Source of the DNA: a virus
Lineage: Duplodnaviria > Caudoviricetes
IMG/VR virus record: IMGVR_UViG_3300032093_000005
Strand: one strand, 5' to 3'
Length of the DNA: 64,000 nt
In this document: positions 1 to 12,248 of the stretch, piece after piece
Position numbering within the stretch: position 1 is the stretch's first letter
Layout of the letters: every line of letters begins with the position of its first letter
Translations under genes and position numbers: made by a program
The notes under the pieces: generated by a model
Database searches by the model: none
Seen by the model: only the letters and a program-made list of their open reading frames with translations
What the model was told of the DNA's origin: nothing

Positions 1-97
1 ATAACCGTATCCACAATGAATGAAGTAAGACATTGCCCCCAATGCAAAAACCAAATGAAACTTGAAACAAACAGAAGTTTTTCTTTAGCAGTCATAC

Positions 98-589
98 TCA
101 ACGAGCATAGAGATAAGAACCACACCAATCTGCATTCTCAAGCAACCATTCACGATCACTGATCAAACGCAGATCATAGCGAACACCTTTGGCGGGCGCT
201 TTCCAACTGGAACTTTTGTAAACTTCACCAGTCTTCTTGTCAATGAAGCAGTGAACACTCCTGCTCCCATTTGCAACCATAATGATTTTGTGATACTTGC
301 GACCCGTTTCAGGGTAGAACTCATAACCACAATTGCCGTTCTTCAGGTCAGTGATACATGCTTTGTGATACTCAACAGAGGTAACAGCACCAGCAAGAGA
401 AAAAGTCAAAACAGACTGCTCATGAGACTTGATGCTGTAATCAATAAAGTTCTGACGCAGTGCCTCACAGAGAGCATAGGTGTGACCCAGAACTGCCTCT
501 GCGATGTTCTTCCGTGCCTCTGCTTGGGCGGAGTAATCAGCGAAGGTGGTCGTCATCGGTTCGTTGCGTATGTGCTTATTATAGGGCAC
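98..589 (-). CDS. Conserved cyanophage hypothetical protein
   Basis: 163-aa ORF with GRKYHKI...SVHCFIDKKTGEVYK...W.APAKGVRY motif recalled from T4-like phage hypotheticals; TATAAT at 578-583 lies just inside the annotated start, so the true start is probably the MTTTF Met. Confidence 0.6.
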   Translation of the reverse strand: MPYNKHIRNEPMTTTFADYSAQAEARKNIAEAVLGHTYALCEALRQNFIDYSIKSHEQSVLTFSLAGAVTSVEYHKACITDLKNGNCGYEFYPETGRKYHKIIMVANGSRSVHCFIDKKTGEVYKSSSWKAPAKGVRYDLRLISDREWLLENADWCGSYLYAR

Positions 590-622
590 CCAGAGGGGTC
601 TGGGATGCCCCGTGTGCCAGTT
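578..622 (-). promoter_or_regulatory. Promoter with upstream AACTGGCAC box and internal stem-loop
   Basis: TATAAT at 578-583, box at 614-622, GC-rich hairpin between them; same layout at 1238-1283, 6954-6999 and 11268-11313. Confidence 0.6.
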
Positions 623-631
623 GTTAGAGTG

Positions 632-1036
632 TCACTTATTCATTTGAAGAGTGGGCACAGGCATACCACCTTCTGTTGGAACATAAATGGTCACATTGCC
701 TTTGTTGCTACCTTCTTCCAGTCCAGTAATGTAAAGATACTGAAGATATTCACGATTATCTTTCAAACTGTTACCAATGATTTGGTTTGCTTTTGCAACA
801 CCTTGAGCACGAATCACCTCAGCATCAGCAAGTTGTTGTGCCGAATCTTTCTTTGCTTGTGCTTCCAGAACTGCTACCTGACGAGTATATTCTGCTTTCT
901 GAAGTTCTGCTTTACCTTGCAGAGATTGTGCCCACACATTGTAGAGAGGACCAACCACAGCATTGATAATAAACAGAGAGAGAATAAAGGAAGCACCAAT
1001 AATTGTGGCGTTCCGCATAGTGTTATCTTCTTTCAT
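632..1036 (-). CDS. Membrane-anchored coiled-coil protein (SPFH/band-7-associated-like)
   Basis: N-terminal hydrophobic helix, then A/E/K/Q-rich coiled coil (AQAKKDSAQQLADAEVIRAQGVAKANQIIG). Confidence 0.5.
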   Translation of the reverse strand: MKEDNTMRNATIIGASFILSLFIINAVVGPLYNVWAQSLQGKAELQKAEYTRQVAVLEAQAKKDSAQQLADAEVIRAQGVAKANQIIGNSLKDNREYLQYLYITGLEEGSNKGNVTIYVPTEGGMPVPTLQMNK

Positions 1037-1215
1037 TTTGAGGAAACTCCAGTAGATTTGAAAATAGCGTTAGCAAGGAAGATGATAGCAAAGTTCTGCC
1101 AGAAGGTCAAGGATACACTAAACCAAGACAGAATCAAACCAAGCAACCACGCCTCAAAGAGAAGTCCAGCAGTGGCAAGGACAAGAACAACAAAGGCAAG
1201 ACCAAAGATTTTCAT
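1033..1215 (-). CDS. Small membrane protein
   Basis: 60 aa, two hydrophobic segments, overlaps the next gene's start. Confidence 0.5.
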   Translation of the reverse strand: MKIFGLAFVVLVLATAGLLFEAWLLGLILSWFSVSLTFWQNFAIIFLANAIFKSTGVSSK

Positions 1216-1295
1216 TGTAATTTTTGATTACCCACATATTATAAGGGGTCCCCAGTGCCCTGAGAACCCCCTGTGTGCCAGTTTTAGAACCGTCC

Positions 1296-1508
1296 TCAAT
1301 CGTCGTAAACTCTACACTCAAGTGCATTAGGGTTTGCATCACAATAAAGCTCAAGTGGTGTAGGATCGTGAGAATCTTCTGGATGATGATTCTTATATGC
1401 TTTTAGTGCTTCTAATTCTTCTTCAGTATGTCTCCTAGACTGAGGAGAAATTGTAGGATCACTCAAAAGTTCTTCATCCTTCTGGATGTGTTGGTCGATG
1501 TTATTCAT
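1296..1508 (-). CDS. cp12: CP12 Calvin-cycle inhibitor (auxiliary metabolic gene)
   Basis: C-terminal LELYCDANPNALECRVYDD matches the CP12 C-terminal Cys-pair motif; no N-terminal Cys pair, as in cyanophage CP12. Confidence 0.9.
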   Translation of the reverse strand: MNNIDQHIQKDEELLSDPTISPQSRRHTEEELEALKAYKNHHPEDSHDPTPLELYCDANPNALECRVYDD

Positions 1509-1798
1509 GGTTTTGTATCGGGTTGATAATATTTATTTTATCGTGGTGTACAATCACCTTTACCTTCCAGTGATCGAACCATAAGTTCAGTGAATTTTTC
1601 CATCTTTTCAGCAGAAACTGACTGGGGACGATAAGTTATAGCATCTTTGAGTGCCACAAGTTCATCCCATTCCTCTTGAGTAAGATTTTTAGGACCAGTT
1701 TTTGCTAGAGTCATAGGTGTTTTGCGTTGTGTCCCAATATTAGCATTTCAATACATTAGTATCTAGTAACTTAATGTTTTCTTTGGGATCCTGTTACA

Positions 1799-2248
1799 CT
1801 ACTTAATAAACTCATCAAGGGCATCAAGATCATCTTTAAGTTCTTGTTCCCTTTTCTTGTCGTGATAATAAGACCATAGAGCATTATGAACATCCATCAA
1901 ATGATCTATCCAAAACCCAGAAGGATAAATTCCAAGATCATCCATCAATCCTCTGTGACTGGTTCCCTCACTTTCTGCTTTACACATAATATAGCAGATT
2001 GCCTGAACCATATCAAGTTTATCTTCTTCAGAAAGCATAAAATACTTTCCTACTGCACGTTGCTTTGCTTCTTCATTTGCCTTTTGCATTTGTTTACAGG
2101 CATCAGAGTCCCACCATTCTTTTAGTGCCTTGCCGAGTTCGTTAGGTTCAGTCATCTTTCCCAAAAATAGTTCCAAAGAAACCAGAGTCTCCTGGTTTAC
2201 GGTTTTCAAGTTTATCAAGAAGAGAATCAGTCGTTTGTAGTGTTTCAA
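1799..2248 (-). CDS. Hypothetical protein
   Basis: ORF track; in the co-oriented gene string; true start probably internal (MTEPNE). Confidence 0.45.
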   Translation of the reverse strand: MKHYKRLILFLINLKTVNQETLVSLELFLGKMTEPNELGKALKEWWDSDACKQMQKANEEAKQRAVGKYFMLSEEDKLDMVQAICYIMCKAESEGTSHRGLMDDLGIYPSGFWIDHLMDVHNALWSYYHDKKREQELKDDLDALDEFIK

Positions 2249-2375
2249 TACGACTAATCATATCAGCAATCACAGAACATACCATAGGACGTTCATTTTT
2301 TGCTGCCCAATGTAGAGCATTTCTTAGGCACCCCTCTGCTTCTTTTAAGTTTTCTTCAACTTGATTTGTCAGCAT
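2148..2375 (-). CDS. Hypothetical protein
   Basis: 75-aa ORF in the co-oriented gene string. Confidence 0.5.
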   Translation of the reverse strand: MLTNQVEENLKEAEGCLRNALHWAAKNERPMVCSVIADMISRIETLQTTDSLLDKLENRKPGDSGFFGTIFGKDD

Positions 2376-2399
2376 TTTAAATATTTCAACTTAATTTCA

Positions 2400-3194
2400 T
2401 CATACCATTTCTCTCATGCTTTTGTCAATCCCTCTATTATTTTGAAATCTTGAGAGGGCATTATAAGTTGAAATATGCCCTGTAATGAGACATCTCCATT
2501 TGATTTTGTTTTGTTTTTTAGCATTTTCACTTCTTTGTTCTTTTGTCAATCCACATATACCTATCTTAAATTCTTTACAAGTATTTCCTTGTTTTTTACC
2601 TCCTGCTATTCTTGCTTTTTTCATATCTTCATCATTCATTCCAAATAAACCTTTACCTTCTTCATACAATTTTTTACCTGCTATTTTTCCACCATTACTA
2701 CATATTTCCATTTTTCTTTCTTCTGCCAATCCATATATTCCCACTTTATTAATTTTGTTTATTTTTGATGCCTCTTTACCACCTTTTGAAAGAGATTCTT
2801 GTTTTAAATATTTTCTTGCATTTTTTGCATTTTCTATTCTTTGGTATTCACTAAATGAATGAATACCCTTTTTACTATCTCTAACACTTATTCCATTCTG
2901 CCTTTTTATTGATATAGAATAAGAACCTCCACATCTTTCATTAAGGCAATAAGAATCATTAAGAACTGGTTTTATCAATCTATCTTCAAGTTTTCTACAT
3001 TCTTCATAACCTTCATCAGTATAATCAAATACTTCTAATATTTGTTTCTTTGGAGTATAAAGTTCCCAACACCACTTATTTGTTATTGGAGAACCCCAGT
3101 ATTCCTCATCAAATACTTTTTCTTTCTTACTTCCATAATAGTAGTAAGGAACTTCTTCAAAGGTAATTTTGTATGTGTAGATACGTGGTTGCAT
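2400..3194 (-). mobile_element. Free-standing GIY-YIG-like homing endonuclease
   Basis: N-terminal IYTYKITF...YYYYGSK...YWGS nuclease-like domain; C-terminal repeated G(I/L)xG(L/M) basic modules; late promoter and inverted repeat upstream. Confidence 0.7.
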
Positions 3195-3206
3195 AGTTCT
3201 ACTCTA

Positions 3207-3278
3207 ATTTGCTCGCATATCTATTTATATTAAAAAGGAGGGACTTTCACCCCCCCCTCCCGATAAGTGCGAGCAAAT
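3207..3278 (-). promoter_or_regulatory. Late promoter TATAAATA inside an 11-bp inverted repeat
   Basis: ATTTGCTCGCA 3207-3217 / TGCGAGCAAAT 3268-3278; TATAAATA at 3222-3229. Confidence 0.7.
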
Positions 3279-3457
3279 CAGGTAATATTATTTAGTGCCA
3301 TTTAATCGATCCTCACATTTAGTATAAAAAGTTCCATTTACATAACAAGACTTACCTGCTTCATAGTATTTTACCACAGGTATTTGTGTTCTTGGATATT
3401 CTACCACATTTTTTACATGACAGAATAGATTATAACCACAAATAAGAGTTTCAAGCA

Positions 3458-4072
3458 TCAACACTCATCCATTCCAAGTGGTTTAGACACTTTAGTAAGT
3501 GTATAAGATCCATCGCCATTATCAACCCATTCAACCTGATCACCCTCCTTTAGGTTTGCTGCTTCAAGAAGGTCATCTGGGAAAGTTACAAAACATTCAC
3601 CACTTGGTTCTAATTCAACAGGAAGTTGCCACTTTACAACCTTATCTGCTTTTTCTTGTTTTTCTGCAGCATCACACATTGCATTCAGTTCCTCATCAGT
3701 GTACCGAACACTACTTACGGTTGAACCAGTGCTTTCCCAGAAAGAGTTCCAAGCATCTTTGCATTCGGGTGATGGATCATCTTTATCACAAGTCAGAGGG
3801 TTTTTTACATCACCATCACGCAAGTCACCAACAGTTGCCTGCCAAGCAAGTTTAAACTTCTCATCAAACTCCTCAATGAAGTATCCAAGAAACTCATATG
3901 CTGCCATTGTCATGGCCTCTGCACGTTCTTGTTGATTGTTACTGCAACATTCGTTTGCAACATCAATCATTTCACGGGCAGAGACGACCTTTGCAATGAT
4001 CATCTCAAGATCATTCATTGTATCCCAAACTTTCTGATACTTAATTGCCATGACGTTTGAGTTCTTCCTCAA
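3458..4072 (-). CDS. Hypothetical protein with C-terminal AbrB/MazE-like domain
   Basis: C-terminal VTFPDDLLEAANLKEGDQVEWVDNGDGSYTLTK resembles the AbrB/SpoVT swapped-hairpin motif. Confidence 0.55.
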   Translation of the reverse strand: MRKNSNVMAIKYQKVWDTMNDLEMIIAKVVSAREMIDVANECCSNNQQERAEAMTMAAYEFLGYFIEEFDEKFKLAWQATVGDLRDGDVKNPLTCDKDDPSPECKDAWNSFWESTGSTVSSVRYTDEELNAMCDAAEKQEKADKVVKWQLPVELEPSGECFVTFPDDLLEAANLKEGDQVEWVDNGDGSYTLTKVSKPLGMDEC

Positions 4073-4204
4073 TTGCTTGCTGTACTATAATGGAAATCTC
4101 TTTGGATGTCAACCCATTTAACCATTTCCAATTTGGATCTTCCTTGTCCCAATCCATTGTGAACGATCCATCCTCGTTCTCTGTTATTTTAAGTGAGTCT
4201 TCCA

Positions 4205-7200
4205 TCACATATCAATATGAATATCATTTATCCAAGTTTGTTTTTCTGCTTTACGAAGTTTTTTCAATTCTTTCAGCATTTCTTTAATTTCTTGGTATGC
4301 TACTTCGGGAGACATCTTATCAGAAATTTCAAGTCCTACAATATATTGCACTTTGTCCCCGAATCGGGCAAGTGCTCTTTCAAATTCAGTTAGAGTTTCG
4401 TACATTATTTGTTAAGTGAAAATCTATCAAGATTATAAGGTTCGGATGCAAGGATGTCAATACGTGCTTCAAGACTGTTAAAAATTTCGTATATTGAGTT
4501 AGTCGTATTGATATTCTCTTCTTCAAGAACTTTAACACGTTGCTCTAACTCAACAACTCTGGTATAGAGTTCATCAATCAAAACAGGATCTTCTAGTCCC
4601 CATTTCTTTTGAAACCAATTTGTTCCAATCATAATACACCTACAGATTTAAGATAGTTTCGATATCCCATATATCTTCTCATATTTGGTTGATCTTTAAC
4701 ATCTAGTTGATGACAGATCTCACAGTAACATAACCACTCATACCATGGCGTAGTAGGATCTAAAACATGATATGGATGATCAGAGTTTTCCACCTACAGT
4801 TCCTTCATGAGTTTTGGATTCAGGGAAACCTTCCTGCCGTCCTTTAAGAACATAACGGGTTGCTGATACACATTGCTCTTCAGTGAGAGACGTGACCAGT
4901 CCGTTACCATCTTTGTCGGTAGAATCCCAGAGTCCATACTTTTTTTGCTCAACATAGAAGCAATCATCAATCAGTTTTTTTTCCATTTTTCAAATCAGGA
5001 TGAGGTGCATAGAGTGGTCCTTCATAATTACCAGCAAACAAAGATAGATTCTTGACTGCTTCTACAACAGCAGGAGTTTCTTCCCAGTTCCACTCATTAC
5101 CATGCTTATCAACAAAAGTTCTAATTGTCATATTTGTAACTTAATTGAATGTCTTTCTTTTTAAGGTTGTAGCGATCAATGTGCTTTTTACGATGTTCTT
5201 CTGTTTGAAAGTAACATTTACGTGTTTCTTTTCCATCCTTATGAATCAACTTCCATGGAAATTGATCAAACGGAAACTCTTCGCTGTAATCCATCAGGTA
5301 GGTTGCTCAACACGTTGAGTATACACGGCATCAAACAATTCGTCAAGCACCTCACCACAGGTATGATACTCTTTACTGTTCAGCACGGTCTTATCATACT
5401 GATAACGACGCACAGCAGTGTAAATGAGTTTATATTGTTCAGGTGTAAAGTTCATTCAGTTCCTCCATAAAGTCGTTGTCCTTCTTCATATCCTAGTTGA
5501 TATGCCGCTTGTAACCACTTGATGATTGCTCCGTAATCATTTGTTTTAGCAGCATAATCAAAGTCATCATAGAACCGCTCAGAGCGGAATGAGAACCCTT
5601 CCATCTCTTCAAACCAATCATTAAAATTAGTCATAAAGATGCTGTTCGTGTTGCAACTTATCTAGGTGATGATAAATTGTCTGTTGTGAATACTGAAACT
5701 CTTCAAATCGTTGTGGTTTCTTCTGCTCCATTCGAGTGAGCATATTGATCCAATCATAATGAGTATTGATTACCCAACCATAATGTGCATCATTCATTTT
5801 AGTTCAAGTGTTTGGGTTTTTCTGTATCAAATTGGTAGAACTTTACATCTTTCATATCAAGACACATACGGATAGTTTCGTGCTCTCGGTGCTCTCTAGC
5901 AGTGCCTTTATATAATGCTCTGCGTTGGTATGCACAGCACCAGATGTTATAGAATATTTTAGATTTCTCATTCACTGCCCTAACCTCAACTTACGTTCAG
6001 GTGAAATAGTGCGATTGAATGGGTCATCATAAGGAAAAATATATTCTTGCATCCAACCATAAGAAAGTGCTTCCCAAAAATCATCTGGAAAGTGCTCAAT
6101 AGTATCATAACTATCCAAAGCATACCAGAAGTTATGGAAACCATCAAGGAAGAGTTCCCATTTTGTTGGGTTTTCAAATCTCATTTAGATTACCTGTATT
6201 AGGAGACCATAAGGTGCTTAACTTCTTACCTTTCACTATAACATTAAAGTGATCAATCTGTCCATTTTTACGAGTAATCCCAATCCACACACTATCAGGA
6301 CCCATCACTTCCATATGAAATGTATCAATATCCCGCACGATAATCTCATCGGGATTCTTACATTCTTCCTTTGGAAAATCGTTGCGGTCTTCTGTCATTT
6401 CAAAACCTCATAAACATCAACGGCATCATAATCTCCAATACCAAGTTTGAACCTTACAAAATCAGTGAGGTCAGTAGCATCACATTCATAGACACAATAC
6501 CCACCATTATTATCACTTTGAACATAATTGGTGTAGTAATCATCAATCACCACCATAATTGCAAGAGCACGGGATTGGTCGTGCTCTGTGATGGTTTTAT
6601 GAGGATGTGCTACGATATTCGTGATACACTTAAAGAGTTCTTCTCTTGTGTATGAGAATGCTTTTGCTTCTTGGTTGAGTGAATAAGTCATCAAACCTCT
6701 CCGTATGCTTCCAGAATAGCACGGGCAACTGCGATTGCCAAATCCTTCTGTGCGATACTCATATCCTCACGAGCACCCCCTTCACAGGAAGTAATGAAGA
6801 CACCAGCATTATCTACTGTAAGTTCTACCCGATGAAAAATCTTTTCATCATCAGGGTCAGACATCGTGAAGACATCAATCTTACTGCGGAGCACATCAGT
6901 TCCAGGAAGTTTTGTGTAGAAAGGCATTAGGGAGTTCCTTTGTGTATGAGACTATTATAGGGCATCAAGTGGCATCTGTGGAGTGCTCTTGTGCCACTTT
7001 CATAACTGTCTCATGCCTCTTGTTGCTTTCGTTTCCTTGTTCTTCAATCAGGTCAGCAAGGTTGTTCAAATCTTCTACAGAAATACTCTCCTTCATATTA
7101 TACTTACGGGCAAAGGCATAAAGCACAGCACGAATTGTGGTTGCCTGCAAATGTTCCATGCTGGTAAGAGAACCCCAAGGAGCAGCAGCACATTCATCGT

Positions 7201-10200
7201 TGTAGTATTCGTTATATCGGTCTATGAGTCTCATGATAAAAATACCTTGAGTGTACGTCCTTCATCTTGTTCTGATATTTGAACATTAGAGCAGTCATAT
7301 TGAACAAACTCTCGTCCATTCTTACCAATCACTTCTACACGATTGATAAGTGGATAAGACTTGATGTAATCACCATTCGGTGCATAATAATCTACATCGT
7401 CTTCACCCTCAAAATCACCATAATCAATTCCAAGTGATTCTAAGGCTTTGTTTTCTGCTTCTCGTTGTGCGGCAACTTCTAGCATTTCCTCATGGGTCAT
7501 ACACTCCACTCCCTTGCTTCCCAATCCATCAGGCACATGTTAGTTTGCTCCTTATCAGTATAGTTGTCGTAAGCATACTGACGACACTCTTCTTCTGTGC
7601 CCTCAAACAGCATTTCATACATCTTGTGGTCTCCATCGTAGGTAAACTTATAAAGCCCCCACTCATCATAGCAGTCGGGAAAGAATGGCATTATCGTAGT
7701 TTCCCCTTAATTTTCTTGAGACAATCGTTGAAACCATCTACCGTGCATTCAACATACTCATTTTGAGAACCAGCAGAAGATTGTTCTTTCGGTAAGAACA
7801 ACTCAATCCTATCTACCAAATCCTCAATAGAAGTTTCCATATCATCATTACTATTGGTTGTAAATACATCTTCCCACCAATCATAAATCAAATCAGTAAG
7901 ATTTTGTGGTTTAGTAGAAGATGAAACTACACCTTGCTTGACTGCTTCCCTGAATGCTCCTTTCAATCCATCAGCAACTTGCTCTGGTGTTTGTGGAGTT
8001 GGTTCCCACTCACTCACATTTTGTTGATAAGCAAACTCATAACCTGCTTGGAAACTTTCACTCACTTTCTTTTCTTTTGAGGCATTATATCCCATTTGAA
8101 ATGCTCTCCACCTAATATCAAAAATATTATCAACACTTGGATTAGTTGGAGGATACACACCCATCCAATCTTTATATGCTTCTTCTACTGGTGATTTTGT
8201 TTTTTCCAGTTCTTCAAGGAAAGAGAGTTTCTTTTCAAGCACTTTAATTTCTGCTTTTGTTTTTTCAATTTCAGTCATTTCCGTGCCTCCATTTTTATGC
8301 GATACTCACACCATTCTTCGTGATTTTCCAAGTATCCGTTGATTTGTGGATCACTAATCTTACAATAAGAACAACGATAATAAGGATTATCACCACCAAT
8401 AGGTTCTGTTGGGTAATCGCAGTAATACTTTTCAGTCATTTTGCCTCCCAATACTTACCTTCCATTCCACATCCGTGATACTTTCTCATATTATCACAAA
8501 AACCACCATTAGATTTCCCAGTCACAACATTTCCAGACAGATGAGGATTGAGGCATAAGTCAAATGTGTCTCCATATCCAGTAATACGAGCACACCAATC
8601 TTTCTTGTAGTGCTTACAATCCTTACATAGACGAATGGGTTCAGTCACAGAGGTTCTCCACAATCACAATCAAAGTCAAGGTATTCTATCACAGGTTTCC
8701 TCAAGAAGTTACAAAGGTGCCACTGTGCTTCTTCAAATGTAGAATAATCACCATCCCTATATTCATCTACAAATATATTATACCAGAACAATCCAAATCT
8801 TTTGTGTTGTGGGTAATATCTGGTTGAGTGTCCGTCTGTGACTTTTTTGATACGATAGTTTTTCATATATCATACGGCATTTGAGGGTCTTTAGTCCACA
8901 CTTTTGTATACACTAACCACTTCTCTTGTCTGTTATCCATTTCTGCTGTCCAGTGATACCCATTCTCATCAATAGCATCAAGGTAATGAATACCTTTTGT
9001 GATGTCAATAGTTCGTGTAACAGTTACAAACTTTACTTTCTCAACCATTAGAGTTCATCGTCCTCCAACTCATCAGCAAGACGCAGTATAGCACCCTTTA
9101 CCCACTTCTGTCCCTTGATGAAATAATTTTTTTCCATACTCAATTCTCGGTCAGGGTCTGGTTCAATATTGAGACCCTCCACTACTTCACGGAGAGCAGC
9201 AGCAACGGCAGCATTATCATAATAATTTGGACCTGGACCCAACTTACTATAATACTCATTCATTACTTGTTGTGCTCTGTTTTTTCTACTCATAGTGCTT
9301 CTACCTCATTGGCAAGTTCATACAATACATCAACAGGACTTTGAAGTTCTCCACAATCAGTACAAAGTCGTGCTGCTGCTTCGTTGATGATAAAAGCAAT
9401 CAGTTTCTTGCGGTCATCCTTCTGTGGTCGCAATGTGAGTTCCATAGAAGCATCTAGGAGTTCTTGTGCCCTAGTCGTCATTTGTGTTCTTTATACCAAC
9501 GAAGGTCTCTTGGTTTCCAATCAACTATACTACAATCAAATTGAAATCGTTTGTATCGGATAAAACCACCGAACAAATGACTGGAACCAATACTCAACTG
9601 AAATGCTGGGAATAAATCATCACATCCATAATCATCCCATTGGAGAGTAATATCCAACAGAGCAAATCTGCGGCATGAGAGAACTTGGAGAAACCATTCT
9701 TTCCCATAGTCCTCATAGGTTTCATAGTCAAAGAGTTTCATCAATCCTCTCCATTTTAGCAAGGGGTTCGTGTCCCCATTTCATAGGGTCATCATAGCAT
9801 ACCTGCATCATTTCAGGCCACTTTCTTTCCGAATCCTCACTCTCAATAATACCTTCTTCTACTGCCCGTTCCCAAGAAAGTTTCTTACGAATAACACAGT
9901 GAAGGTCATAAAGAACTCCATTATTCTTGGGAAGGTCTGGATGCCCAATACCCAAAGAAACTTGAGGACAATCAATATCATCTACCATATGATTGCAAAG
10001 AATATTGCCAATCGTGCGTGTGTCTTCGTGAAGTTTGGTATAATCAGTCGGTTTTTTAAGAGGCAACCAATCCACAATCTCTTCCCACTGCCCCAACTGA
10101 ACTCGTTGGAGTACATCAGTAGCATATTGCAGTGCCCGTGCCTGTTCTTCTGTGATAGTGAGAGTGTAGGTTTTCATGGATTTGTAGGTTGTTCAGGTGG

Positions 10201-12198
10201 CACAGGGGGTGGTGCTACTGGAGGTAGTATAACGGGTTGTTGAACTGCTTGCACTTGAGGTTGTGCCACTTGCTCAACTGGTTGTGCTGGTTGTGCTGGT
10301 TCTTCTAGTTTCTTTTCAAGTTCTTGGATTTTCTGTTCCAGAGTCTGTTCCAGAGGAGCAGTTTGTGCGTTTTTAATATCCTCAGAAATCTTCCAACTTG
10401 CAAGACCCACACTAAAAATACTAGCAAGGGCAGCAACAACAGAAACAGTTTTAGAAAAACTCATTGGTATTCGTCCTCAGGAAAAGTAAAGTATTCGTGA
10501 ATCGCAGACATCACAGCATCTTCAATATGCTCAATCACAGCACCTTCACTGGGGTTTTCTACATGTTTGTGTGCCCGATGCCATCCTTGACGCACACCCT
10601 CTTCAATTGCCTGTTCTAAAATGACATAAAACTTAGGTTTCATTCTTCTTCCTCACAAGGGAACATAGCATCATACTCTTCATCGGTCAGAGTCAGGTAC
10701 TGAACATCAGCATCTTGGTGTTCTTCGGCATACATCAGTTGATAGTGTGCGAAGTCAGAGAGACTTGTGCTCCCATATTCTACCAGACCATCAACCAAGC
10801 ACAAGTAGTTCATAATACCTCCCAATCACATTCCCAATGACAATCGTTGTTTACATTGACCCAGAAGAAGTATTTCTGATTCTCGGATGCAAGAAACATC
10901 ATACCATCACCCTTGTCTTGCTCAACAATACAAACAGGATTGTTGCCCATCATATTACACAGACGGTTCTTCGCCTTGCTGCTTTTGGGTCTTACGGTTA
11001 CTCTTTTCATTTTCAATCTCTAGTTTGAGTTTACGAATTCCAGTAATGAAGTAAGCAAAGTCACGGGTCTCTGTGATAGGTTTGGTTTCACCACACACAT
11101 CACAGGTTGACGTATAAACAGAAGAACAACCTACCGAATAAACACCATAGGTTCGTCCACAATCCATACAGGTATTATAAGCAGTTTCAAGTCTCTTGAG
11201 AAGTGCTTTCTTTTCTTTGAGGTTCATAAGGTCCAAGTTCAACACGGGGTTTTGTGTCTGCAAGGTAATCATACAGCATCTGGGCGAACCCGTACTGGGG
11301 TTTTGTGCCAGTTTCAATACTGGATGAGGTGGCAACAGTCCACATTATATCAAGTTGTAGTTTATCAGGTAAGTTCTTCATCTAAATCAACATCAATACC
11401 ATCAGTAAGGTCTTTCAATCGGTCAAAGAAATCTTCATCAAGTGGATATACCTTTTCTTCTCCTCTATCAATTCTATCACACATTTCCATCAGGTACTCA
11501 AGAAACTCTTTGGGGTAGGTTTCATCTAGGTTGATACTTGTCCAAAACCACTGGTAACATTCTTCATATGGGTCATCAGTTGGAAGTAGAGCATAGTCCT
11601 TATAGTTTCCACTGATGAGGTCTCTCCACATCTTGAAGTTATTCCACATCTCTCTCCAACCAGTTTGGAAGCAGTGACCAAAGTAATATTCAAACCAGTT
11701 TAGTTTTTTAGCCATCTTTCAACTTCATATAATCTCTTGCACGGTAAAACAATTCATCACGCCAGTTACGACCACAAATATCAAAAGTGAAACCTAACCG
11801 ACCAATAGAAAATAGAAAGGAGAATAGTCTTCCATATCCCATAGAGATTTGAAGATAAGGAAATTCAATCCATTTCCCATACTCTCCATAATCAAAAGCA
11901 AGTTGAAGTAGTGAATATCGTCTTCCAGTACAAAGAGTCATATACCATTCTTTTCCGTAGTCGTTTCTTTCGCCAAATTGAATGAGTTTCATAATCAGTA
12001 AGGTAACGACTTCAGACCATCTAATACTTCTTGGAATCTTTCGGCACGACTCTTGTGGTGCTCTACATTCTCTTCCAATACACCTACAATATCGTCCAGC
12101 ACAACATCCAGAGAGGCATCAGTATCAAAGTATTTCTGGATTGCTTCGGCAAGGTATCTCCTCCGACTCCATTCCATACTATAAGGACGATAATTCAT
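4205..12198 (-). other. Array of about 35 short co-oriented hypothetical ORFs (accessory region)
   Basis: Abutting or ATGA-overlapping 60-195-aa ORFs such as 4205-4405, 4405-4632, 4780-4986, 6395-6694, 7691-8278, 9728-10177, 10810-11016, 11365-11715; no recognisable families. Confidence 0.7.
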
Positions 12199-12219
12199 AA
12201 TCAGAAAGTATATGCAGGT

Positions 12220-12248
12220 ATTATAGGGTATCTAGGGCAGTTTGTCAA
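12220..12248 (-). promoter_or_regulatory. Sigma70-type early promoter
   Basis: TTGACA (12243-12248) - 17 nt - TATAAT (12220-12225). Confidence 0.85.

Noticed and set aside
251-1330. 359-aa plus-strand ORF
   Set aside because: Antisense shadow of three coherent minus-strand genes; no motifs and atypical composition.
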